Of a stretch of DNA of 64,000 nucleotides, positions 34,880 to 45,396 are shown piece after piece. The DNA comes from Eutreptiella sp. 'Long Island Sound 2002' (lineage: Eukaryota > Protista > Euglenida): assembly GCA_964036045.1 (NCBI GenBank), contig OZ038378.1:184078001-184142000 (forward strand). Direction: 5' to 3'. The translations under genes and the position numbers were made by a program. The notes below the pieces were generated by a model. The model was not told where the DNA came from, searched no databases, and worked only from the letters and a program-made list of their open reading frames with translations. Position 1 is the stretch's first letter. Every line of letters starts with the position of its first letter.

Positions 34880-35600
34880 CGACCTTTCGGCGTGCCCAGA
34901 GCATCGCCCTGGTGAGGGAGATTGAAGGGGGTGGTGGTGTGGAGGTCAAGGGCTTTGGGGCTGAAGATTTTATGGAGTTCGAAGGAGAGCCAACGAGGGT
35001 AGAGGTCGACGGGGAGGGAACGGTTGGGCAGGTCAAAGAAGGGCTGTGGTTTTCCGGGGGATGCGCGATGCAGCATCTGAGGAACCCTTCCCAACGTCCA
35101 GTACCCGCCCCTCGCCCCTCAACCCCCACAACCCCTCACTCCTCCTCCTCCTGCCTTCAACCTCCAACCGCCTCGTACCGCCGTTGGGGGGGCTGTTCAC
35201 ATACCACAGCCCAACAGCTTAAGATTGGGATTTAGTGCCTCGCGGGTTGGACTTGCCGAAACCAATAATTTCTTGGACTACAACATACACGGCGAAGGGG
35301 ATTTGGGGGTTGAAGGAGGGTGAGGGGGCTTTGAGGCCGAAGGAGGGGTGGCAGGACGTTTTGAGGTAGAAGGGGGCGTGGTTTGTCGCGGTGCAGCTTT
35401 TTACCGTATTGGGGCCTCATCCCAAGGAGTGTGGACGCGGCTGTGCATCCCTTGCCACATCGAGGCCACTCTCCAGGGAAGAGCTGTATTTGCAGGCGGA
35501 CGGAGCGAATATGGGTGATTTGACCCAGCGACCCACCGAGGCAACGGATCAGGACCACTGGAGTGTGCATTTCCAGAGAGCTCCCAGAGGGCAAGGGACA
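34880..35600 (-). CDS. Further candidate antisense exons (S/P/T-rich)
   Basis: PSLTCPTVPSPSTSTLVGSPSNSIKSSAPKPLTSTPPPPSISLTRAMLWARRK|gtcggc; open frames at 35400-35600 end at a gtaaaa donor. Confidence 0.27.
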
Positions 35601-35949
35601 GTGACTAGCTGAATGATGACTGCCCCATGGCCTGTGTGTGGCAGGAAATCCCAGAGTTCGTGCACTCCCAGAGAATATGTGAAGGTCTTTGGCGTTGGAG
35701 GGAGCCATGTACGCTGACTTGCCAGCTCCGCCCGCGCTGAACAATTCATGGGTACTACTTACACATACGCCACCCCCTAATGCCTTTATTTGCCCCTTCT
35801 CCCCCAGCCCCTTTGCCAGAACGCTGCGTGAACCACACCTACGGGGCCCCGCACAGGTGCGAGTGGTGGTGCACGGCCCAGATGACAGCAATGCCAATGG
35901 CCTGCTATCAATCTGCCCCTGACCATGCGCGCTGTGGTATGTCATGCAG

Positions 35950-36096
35950 GTGCAGCGGGGGCCGTATCACATCCGACTGGACGTCGTACGCGACGTTGAT
36001 GAGGCTGCTCTCTCTGCCAAGTTGGATCTCCTTGACCTCCTGAAGGGGCAGTTCACCTATTATTTGCCCCACGGGCCGACGCTTGTCATCGACAAA
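35950..36096 (+). CDS. tilS: DUF924-TilS fusion gene, exon
   Basis: atgcag|VQRGPYHIRLDVVRDVDEAALSAKLDLLDLLKGQFTYYLPHGPTLVIDK|gtgtgt; phase 0/0. Confidence 0.8.
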
Positions 36097-36922
36097 GTGT
36101 GTGCTCCTCCTCTCTCCCGCTGGTGCCAGCTCCGTGTGCGAATCTGGCCCCTGCTCTCCCCCCCCACCCCAGTTTGTGCCCCATTCCCAGCCCTAGTCCC
36201 AGTGCCAGCCCAAGCACAGGTCTTGGCCACAGCCCTGCCCAGGCTCCAGCACTGGCCAGCCTAACCCCCTGCCCCCCAAAGAGAAGATGCAGCCGAAATG
36301 ATAAGGCGCACACGTCTTCTTCTTATTTTCCAGTCCAAAATAAGTAAACACACAGAGCCCCAGCACCATCCTCAGAAGGAACGGACGATTGCATTGATCG
36401 TGTCTCTCCTGTTTGGGTTGATTACAAAAAGGTGGCCATGGACAGCAGCTTGGGCATCATGTTGCCGTGCTTCATCAACATCAGCAACAAATGCGTCATA
36501 TGCTTCTATGATGTATGTCGTATGGCACCGGTACCAAAAGGATTGACAATAGCATCACAGGCCCGAAACAAAGATTTTCTGGGGGGTCAAAGGGGCGGGG
36601 GTGGCGTCAAAATAAGAAGACGCACCAAATAAGAACACGCAAATACATAAGAAAACGCGCATCCTCTTGTTTTGAGCGAGGGGTTTAGTTGTGACTGCTG
36701 GGCTCTGCTTTGTGTTGGCTTGGGTCTGGACCTTGGCCGTGGCGTTGTCTGGCAGAGTACTGAGCGCCTACCATGCGCCGCCTGTGCACGCACCCATGCG
36801 CCTACAATGCGCCGACTATGCACCGACGATGCGCCTGCTATGCGCCTATCTCCAGCAGCACAAATTGGGTCACAGCGGCGCTCAATATGCCCTCCCCTCT
36901 GAGGCTTCTCCTTTCGCATCAG

Positions 36923-37066
36923 GACAAGGAAGTGCGTCCCAAAGTTATGCGGCAGATCCCCAAAGTTCTCACTGATGTGATGCCAATCGTGGGGGTTCGT
37001 CCCAAGTCGGGCATCCCTGAGCCCGCCACACACGTGAAGGTCACGGTGACGGTCGACCTTCGCTAG
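36923..37066 (+). CDS. tilS: DUF924-TilS fusion gene, terminal exon
   Basis: gcatcag|DKEVRPKVMRQIPKVLTDVMPIVGVRPKSGIPEPATHVKVTVTVDLR*. Confidence 0.78.
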   Translation, partial: DKEVRPKVMRQIPKVLTDVMPIVGVRPKSGIPEPATHVKVTVTVDLR

Positions 37067-39062
37067 ACCACAGGACCCGTCTCCAGGGCTGGAACTGCGG
37101 CGCACGGGCTGGGGCAGGGGCTGCGGCGGGTGCAGCAAGTGTTTTGGGTCAGGATTGTCGTCAGGCTGAGTGAAGATCAGAACGTGTGAAATGTCACAGC
37201 CGGGGCGACCAGGATTTGTGGAATGAAGGGACGTCTGCAGGCACACGAATCGAGGCAGGGACAAGGCCGGGGGGCTTTATTCGGGAGACTGGGCACGGAA
37301 CGAGTTGGTCCACATACCCCGGAACCACGATTCCCCGACGTTCTGCGACTGGTGGGTCTTTTGTCCACCCCCCGGGCCCATTCACGTCTGTGCACGCCTG
37401 CCTGTCACCCCGGGCTCACCATGTTCACAGTAGTCGTGCGCGCTATACGCCTGTGCACGTGCTATGCGCCGACTGTGCGCGGACCATGCGCCGTCTATGC
37501 GCGCACTATGCACCGACCATGCGCCGGCCATGCGCCTGTCTCCAGCGGCACGAATGGGGTCGCAGTCAACGACGAGGGCGGCAACAGTCCACACGCACAC
37601 ACACAGCGGGAGTGGGACCCTTTTGAGTCCGACCTGTGTGCTGGGGCCTGGGGTGTCGGGGTGGCAAGGCTTGCTGTGCTTGCCGTCGCAGAGGTTTTGG
37701 CAGTAGCACAGGGGGAGCACGGACAGGGCCATTGGCACAAGCGGAGGCAGGCGCCACAATGAGGGCAAGCGACGTGCGGTGGCCAGAGCAGTGACGCATT
37801 AGCGTGCGCTATGGACACTGGCATCGGCAGTGGTAGTTCTACAGGCAGAGACCAGGGCAGAGGCCCGGGTAGGGGCAGGCAGGTGCAGGGGCTTCGGACA
37901 TGGTCTTGCCTGCGCTGCTTTGTCGGTCACATCGGCGGAACCCTCAGAGTCTGGATCCATATTGCACCTTCACGACCGACGCAGCGTCTTTTTGTCTTTG
38001 CGCTTTTGCTGCTGCTCTTTCCCGGTGATTAACATTTAGTAAACCTCCAGACAAATCAAACGGGGGCTGGGTGTAAGCCTCCACAGTGCAGTAGCTGCAG
38101 TACTGGGACGGGGGGTGCTGATGCAGAATAGAATAGATGTGTCACCCATTCAGTGCGCAATTTTTGTGCCCAATTTATTCGGTATTTTTAAGGATTTGCA
38201 CGGGAATACATTAGGCTGTGCTTTTGCTCACTTGCACCATGCCAAAGGATTTGGTTAATGATAACTAGTCTCCCATGGAAGTCAGAGAAGTGCTGAAGTG
38301 GTCTTTCCTCATTTTGTAGTGTTCCAGTGGCATTCAATGTGGTGCAAACAGTAGCGCTGGTTGATGCACCAGGAAAGTCCTCCAGGGAATTACAGCAACC
38401 GTCTGGTGTTTCTCATGAGCAGTTTTTGCCAACCCTGCATAATTTGTTCGCTCATTTTTAAGAAATGGCAGATGGCAGGTGTTTCAGGCCGACCAAAAGC
38501 ATCGCCGTCTCGTCAAGTGCAGCGTGGGGTGAACCAGCAGGCCAACCCTATGCCAACCATTTTTCTTGCACCGTTGGTGGTTGTGGTTGTGGGCCACCAG
38601 TGCGACTCTGTGCAGAGTGCGGGACGTCGTAGGTAGTCTTTCCAGAGCAAAGGGCAGAGGCAATGGCAAGTGGCCGCACGGTTCGGTGTGAGATTGATGG
38701 GGTTGTTTGGTTGGGTGGCGAGAAACATATGTCATGGAGGTTCTGATGTTAAGGGGGCAATTGATTGCAGTGAATCCCTATGTTAAGTTGATCCCTATCC
38801 AAGGTAGGGCTCGCCCCAAGTACAAAATAAAGCCCCGCCCCGGTGTAACACGTGGCAGAAGATTTGCACTGCCCAATGTCGAGGGGTGTTTTCCTTTTGG
38901 CATCAGCATCTTCCAGCACAATGTCAGCATCCTCGACACAAAATTGGATTGAAGCACAGTAGTTGGAGTGTTCTGGTAGCTCGCTAGTTTTGGAGCACCG
39001 TTTGAACAGCAATTTGGACCGCAAACTACCTCTTTTGGAGCACAACTTTCCAAAAGCGAATT

Positions 39063-39386
39063 TCAGAATATGAGTCCACGACGTATGCAGAAATGCGACC
39101 ATTGTGCAGCACAGAGCAAGAGCAAGGACACGCCATCACCAAGCATATGTCCCATGCTAGCTTGTTCGCCGTCTCCAGCTTGAATCCTTTGTACTAAGGC
39201 AGTGAGTAAATGCAAACATCGCTCCCACCCATGAGTATGGGCCCCAAAGCGCTTTTTCACAGTGTAGTGGTGAGGCAAAGGAATTTTGTCAATGAATTGC
39301 ACAAGGTATTTGTGATCCGCATGTGCCTCCATAGGCGCTGTTTGCACTTGTAGGGGCCAACTACCAAGGTGCAAAAGGCATTGCAT
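39063..39386 (-). pseudogene. Second copy of the DHKYLVQF.DKI.LP coding repeat
   Basis: Homologous to 2642-3061 at both DNA and protein level. Confidence 0.55.
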
Positions 39387-41683
39387 CCTCGGGTTTGTTA
39401 GATGGGGGCAATATGTTCATAAAGCTCAACAAGAATGGCAGTCCTATTAAAGTTGAGGGGTTACATTGAAAAAGTAAATGTTACAACGCATACTTGCCTA
39501 AAAGTGTGGTTTCCTGGATATTTTTTTGACAAATCTAGCACTCTCCGGGAGCGAAGCACAAGACGGCATTGCTAAGCCCAGCAGCCCAGCAGTCGCCTGC
39601 AGCATTAGGAGATGCTCTATCTGCAGTTGGAACTGGTGCCACGTGAAGCGTCTAATTGTTTGTCGTACAGTCTGAGGTCATTTTCCAGGTTTGGCAGGAT
39701 TGCTCAGTGGGAAGAGAGTTGCTATTATGGCACAGCGCTGTGCAGTCTATTATTGTCCCCTCTTGATCCCACAAGATGGCGAGGTGAATAGTGCATTTCT
39801 GAAGCATGTAGAGCCCGCTTGGCACGGGGTGAATAACGTGGGATTAAAGAATTTTCTGCCTGTACCACACACCGGCTGGTCCTTCCCTTCAATCTGGTTG
39901 GTGGCATTTTGAGAATCGGATTCACACAAAAGGCTAGCCGCAAAGCTGCATGCAGAAACACTTCGATTGCCAAGGGTCTTGTTGGCATTTTGGGGTTCCA
40001 GGGTGCTGCCATTGCTCTGGGACTTCATTTACCATGTGTCGTGGCACAAGCTGAGAGCCACAAAGAGATTCAATTTGGGCACCCTTATTGCAACTTGCGC
40101 AGTATGTACACAGATGGAGGTTCATGTCTTGTATTTTCCACAAAGTTGTTCTGGCTGTTTTACAGGAGTGCTAGTTGGTGTTGGATTGTGCAGGACACTC
40201 CTATTGAAGGTTCATTTTGATCCTCGGAAGGGATCATGTAGTGGGCAGCCCATTCTCCTCACTTGTTGCGTATCTCGTACAAGAGAGGTGTGAACACCTC
40301 CCTCGAGGTTTGCTTGTCCATCTGGCGGAATGTTTTGGTTGTGTTGCTTCAATTGGAACTAATTGCAATGTTTCCAAAGATCTTTTCAGTTTTTGACGAT
40401 CGGGTTGCCTCATTCTTGCCCAAGGGATTCCTTGAAGGGCCCATTAACAGCTGATTTGTTTGTACCAAGTGAGGGGGATCAGGAGGAATGGGAGAGAACG
40501 AAATAGTTGGAAGGGCAATAGGAAGCCAGAATGGCGGTAGTTGCAAGGAGGCAAATTGGGTATTTTCAAGCCTGTTGGGACCATCATAATGTACACTGTC
40601 AGCATCGCAAAGTATGTGCAAAAGGTGGGGTGGATTGCACACCACAGGTGCCATGTACCAAGTGGCCAGGAATTGGCACTATGCTTGCCTGTCCAAACAC
40701 ACCAACCCATCAACACAGCAGAGCTACAGGGAGTACTTTATCCTGTCCAACCATATGACACATCTGATTTTCAACATTTGACATCCATTCATGTCCCCAT
40801 CTGATTTTGACTGCAGCATCCTGTCCAACAGAGGCTTCCGCATCCAATGTACTGGTACTGGCCCCAAACGTGATTGTGGCGCTCTTCACACAGGGTGCAA
40901 ATGCGGCACAGGATCCTCGCCCAAGCGGTAGACCAAAATCAGTTTCAACGCTGCCGGTACCGGCACCCACGCCTGGCACGCCGTCATTCCTTTATTTAAA
41001 CGAATGGGAGCATTGCTGGGGCGCAAAGGTTGCACGTGTGTTCACTACATTCTTGAGTGGCTTCATGTGCCATTGTTTCTGAGTTGACTGCTCGTCTATT
41101 TCTCACTTCAAAATGGGTCTCAGTTCAAATTGGGCTGAAACCCCCTGTGCGTGTGTGACTTGAGTTGGGATCCTCTCCTCCCAATTGCTTGTGGGAATAG
41201 GATTCCAATAACGTGAAGGAAGAAGGAGTGGACACAAGGCGAAGCAACAGGCCGCTTCGGAAGTACCACTTTTCTGTTGCTGATTTGAGCCACCCCCCAG
41301 GTCACTGCGTTGAGTTGGGGGCTCGAATTTCAGAATTTTGGGAAGGCCATGTGTCAATGCAAAAGATGGCAAGAGTAGAGTAGCCAAAGCGTTCAGACAG
41401 AGATGTTGCAAGCGTTGCTGCTTCGTGCGCTTTGCAACTATGTAGTAATAAAACTGGCCGCTAGGGTGTTTTGAATTGCATTCAATTGAATGAAGTTGCT
41501 CAAGGATCGTTAGTAACAATTGTCACACCACGGCACAAGCAGTTGTGCGGTGACCACCTTGTGACTCCAACGAGGTAGAAACGGACAGAACAAGAAATAG
41601 ATGAAAGCTCGTCAACACATGGGAAAAAGACCCCCCCCCCCCTCCCTACCGGCTCATAGACATGGAGGACTAAGTTCTGCAAT

Positions 41684-42961
41684 TCATGTGCAAACCCCCA
41701 GATAAGAGTTTTTGAACCCTGCTTCAGGCATGGCTTTGCAGAGTACTAGTACCTCTTCCACCTCAGCCTTCGCCTTCTGAACGGGGACAGACCTCTTCAT
41801 CTGCCATTTCCCCCCCCAAACAACAAACTTGGACAGAGTTGTCCAACAAAAACTTGGATCCCGAACGTCAAACTGCTGCCTCAAACCTGCTCCCTGCACC
41901 GGCAACGACCCCCTACGAATGAACTCTTTAAAAAAATTTGCCGTTGCAAACGTGCAACGGTACGGACCCCCATCGACACGAGCCCTCTTTGCCTTGGGCT
42001 CGTCAGGCTCAACGCCGCAGGGGGGGCTGACGGTCGAGCTCTTTCCCCAATGCTCGATCCGCGACTGCAGATCAGGCATCTTAGCAAGCGCCCTGTCCAC
42101 CACCACCTGACAGATTCGCCTGATCCTCGGCGAATCCAAGCCTCTAGCTTCCCAGACCAGCAGAAACCAGCTGGACGTCCCCCTCAAATCCTTGCTGCAC
42201 TCGGCAATGACCGAGATGCAGTGGCCCATCCCTCCCCCAGTCCCTCCACCGCCGTCGACGAGCTTAATGGCATGACCATCAACCCTGCAAATGACATGCC
42301 CATACACCCTGTCCTTCACCCTCTCGTACACGGACTTGTCCTGGGTCTTGATGGTTTTTTTGCCAGGCGGAGCTACCAGGTGCTCTGCCCGCCACTCAGC
42401 CCACTCCAGCGTCGCCCCCCACCGGCTGTCGACACCCATAGCCCTCTCTGCCTGGACAAAAAATGTCTTCTGGCGGATACCACGCGCTGCAGCTTGGTAT
42501 TCCGCATCATACCCCCTGAGGTCGATTCCGACCTGCAGCCACTGACCCGTCTGGCCGTACACGTCCTTCCTATTCTGCACCGAAATCACCTCCCACTTAC
42601 CACCCACAAACACCATTTCCACGACACCCCCAGGAGCAGCCCCCTCGAACTCGTAACAAAACCAGGGAGGGTAAACGCCTGCAAGTCGCGACCCAGCCGT
42701 GATGAAGTCGCCCCCCAAAGAATTCTGGTCACCCCAGACCGTGGTCAACGGCCTGACGAACCTCCCCTTCCGCACTCTCCAGTATGCTGCGTACCGAGAC
42801 GTTTCTGGGCTGGTTGGTGGCCTTGACAGGTATGCAGTGGCGATGATTGAAGTGGAAGCAAGCTTCCAATGTGCTGATGAAGCCACCAAGCAGGCCGCCC
42901 AAGAACTACTGCAGCTTATGCTGGGCATCTGCCAGCGACACGGGCGCAATACCAGGTCCAA
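41684..42961 (-). CDS. Intronless 425-codon orphan ORF; the real start may lie downstream of ~42760
   Basis: Longest ORF in the window; G/V/E/K/W-rich globular-looking sequence; mirrored by a long antisense ORF (42050-42826), as is typical of true GC-biased coding DNA. Confidence 0.6.
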   Translation of the reverse strand: MDLVLRPCRWQMPSISCSSSWAACLVASSAHWKLASTSIIATAYLSRPPTSPETSRYAAYWRVRKGRFVRPLTTVWGDQNSLGGDFITAGSRLAGVYPPWFCYEFEGAAPGGVVEMVFVGGKWEVISVQNRKDVYGQTGQWLQVGIDLRGYDAEYQAAARGIRQKTFFVQAERAMGVDSRWGATLEWAEWRAEHLVAPPGKKTIKTQDKSVYERVKDRVYGHVICRVDGHAIKLVDGGGGTGGGMGHCISVIAECSKDLRGTSSWFLLVWEARGLDSPRIRRICQVVVDRALAKMPDLQSRIEHWGKSSTVSPPCGVEPDEPKAKRARVDGGPYRCTFATANFFKEFIRRGSLPVQGAGLRQQFDVRDPSFCWTTLSKFVVWGGKWQMKRSVPVQKAKAEVEEVLVLCKAMPEAGFKNSYLGVCT

Positions 42962-44345
42962 ATCAAAGACGGTGTTGGTGCACCCAACACATGCAGTAGA
43001 CGGGAGCAGAATATTTATCTCAAGACGCGCGGGTGTGAGGGCACCAAGATGGATGACGGTAGGGGTCTATACTGCCTGTAAGTTTGCATTTCCCGGCTTG
43101 GGGTCTCTCTACCGGATCGCATTGCTAACATCGGTGTCAAATGTGCGTTACACGGTCGCCAAGGAGATCTCTGTCCATGTGCAATCCGGACCAGGGTGGT
43201 CCCAAGTCCCGGGCTTCTCGGGTGGTACAGCAACAGAACTTCAAGCAGCACCTGAAAGGTAATGCGGAAGAAGCGACAATTTGACACCGCATTATCAGAT
43301 TTGAGAGATGACCCCCAAGTTTTTGAATGTGCGCTTATGTGTAAGTGTACGTGTATGGGATGTGTGTGGGTATGGGTGGTGCGTGTCTATCTGTGTGTCC
43401 GAGAGACTGTGTGTGTGTGTGTGTGTTTGACTTGTTGCATGTTCATCACTTCATTCCCGGCCTGACAAGGAATCTTCATGCCCAGTGCCCGCCTGTCGCA
43501 GTGCCATCCGCGGGGCGGTTTGCGTGTGGGCGTTGGCGTGTCCGCATAGCAACCCCCCCCCCAATTCGGCGGCCGAATTTGGCCGAATTTGCCGAATTGG
43601 TCTGCCGAATTGTTCGTTACCTCAGGCATTCATGATGTGTGTGCGCCAAAGATATTCAGTCTTAATTTTTTGTTCTGCCGCTGATTGTACTACGTGGTAA
43701 CAGCCTATTGTTGGTGCTGTGTGGGGCGCGGCGCAAACCGCCCCGCCTGCATCCATTGACCGGACAATGCTGCGTGTAGCACTGCAATCTGACATTGCAC
43801 TGCAAATTGTCCCCAGCTTGGCCTTTGAAGCAATGCCAACCCCCCCATTCGGCGGCCGAATTTGGCCGAATTTGCCGAATTGGTCTGCCGAATTGTTCGG
43901 TTTCTGAATTTCGCCGATTTGTTTTGCCGAATCACTAGGTTTCTGGGACTTTGCCGCCTCGTTTTGCCGACCTGTTGGGGTTTATGGGTTCTGGGTCACC
44001 TGAGTTGGAGGCATCCCTTACTTTGGGACACTGCATAATACCTTTTCTTTTTACATTGGTTATTCAGATTGGCACCATGCAGTGTTTTTACTGTCCACAA
44101 AAGGACGCTGGGATTCGTTGTCCTCCGCTGATCAAGCTTTGCTTCGGGACAAGTATCCTGATGCCGGTGAGGGGGCAGTTTGCGAATTTTGTGTTCGCTC
44201 TGCACGGCCCAGTGCGTTCTTCAGCCGCCGTTCTTCGGGCAGCTCATCAACAGGCCCCCAATCAGTGGATTCCGGACTCTGAGACTGCGATTGCAGTCAT
44301 TCCCACTGCGGACTTTCATTGCTTGAGAAATCTCTGTGCATTTGT
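42702..44345 (+). CDS. Putative multi-exon gene of unknown function (42702-42829, 42883-43077, ~43114-43195, 43231-43258, 43299-43340, 44104-44166, 44225-~44343)
   Basis: Strong donors gtatgc, gtaagt (twice), gtaatg and gtgagg; 35-58 nt introns; in-frame joins such as QQNFKQHLK|DLRDDPQVFECALM and RWDSLSSADQALLRDKYPDA|AVLRAAHQQAPNQWIPDSET; one junction lacks an AG; may continue to 45460-46590. Confidence 0.4.
43550..43935 (+). repeat. gccgaatt-rich repeat, two copies (43560-43615 and 43845-43935); relatives at 45280-45360 and, inverted, 46170-46240
   Basis: ttcggcggccgaatttggccgaatttgccgaattggtctgccgaattgttcg occurs twice. Confidence 0.8.
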
Positions 44346-44438
44346 TTCTGTGTGCCTTTGTTCTCTCTCTGCATTTGCGGGTTGGGTGCAGTGCCAAAGG
44401 AGTGTGCTCTTGTTGTTGTTCATTTTTTTGTGATTTTT

Positions 44439-45040
44439 CTGGGTGACCCCGGCCAGAAACGGGCCCAGATTTCAAAAATGTCGTTATACCAATTCACACC
44501 TCTTGGATATTCAGGAAGTGCACAGTCTTCCCGTGCACATGCAAAAAAAAGCGCCACAAACTGAAACGCCGGGACCAAGTTCCCCCCCCGACACCTCCAA
44601 AACCCCCTATTTGACTGTGGGCAGGTTTTGCCATTTTTCTGGGTGACCCCGCCCAGAAACGGTGCCGTTTTTCCAAAATGTCGTTGAAGCAATCGGCGCT
44701 TTTTGGATATTCAGAAAGTGCACAGTCTTCCCGTGCACATGCAAAAAAAAGCGCCACAAACTGAAACGGTGGGACCAAGTTACCCCCCGGACACCTCCAA
44801 AACCCCCTATTTGACTGTGGGCAGGTTTTGCCATTTTTCTGGGTGACCCCGCCCAAAAACGGTGCCGTTTTTCCAAAATGTCGTTGAAGCAATCGGCGCT
44901 TTTTGGATATTCAGAAAGTGCACAGTCGTCCCGTGCACATGCAAACAAAAGCGCCACAAACTGAAACGGTGGGACCAAGTTACCCCAAGTTACCCCCCGG
45001 ACACTTGCAAAAACCTGTCTTTGACTCTGGGTCCAGGTCA
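44439..45040 (+). repeat. 200-bp tandem repeat x3
   Basis: ctgggtgacccc recurs at 44439, 44639 and 44839 with near-identical bodies. Confidence 0.92.
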
Positions 45041-45361
45041 CAAAAGTACCCTCAAAGGGGTTGGAACCTGGGTATCCAAAATTTCAGCATCATATAACCC
45101 AGCATTGTAACCTGTCAACCACTCATTTTCGCTCTGCCATCATCGTTTTTCGTGTTATACCTCCTGCACGATGCAAAAAAATTTTCAGCTTACAAGGGTT
45201 TCCACATGTCTCTGACAACACAGCAACCAAAGGGACAGTGTGTTTGGGGGGCCAGGGTCATAATCCTGGTGACTGGGAAGCAGTTCGCCGAAAAATAGGC
45301 CCGCCGAATTGTCCTGCCAAATTGTTGGGATTTCTTCGCCGAATTGGGGGGGTGGTTGGCA

Positions 45362-45396
<35 letters not shown>

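Noticed and set aside
39535-39640. Partial resemblance to the trypanosomatid Pr77/HDV-like ribozyme (ctagcactct..gctaag)
   Set aside because: Could not build the P1/P2/P3 nested pseudoknot on either strand
41076-41104. tttctgagt...gtctatttt resembling the Euglena spliced-leader sequence
   Set aside because: The match is interrupted by an extra ~8 nt, with no donor or Sm site following; likely chance
42050-42826. 258-aa plus-strand ORF
   Set aside because: L/P/H/R/D-rich mirror of the minus-strand 425-codon ORF
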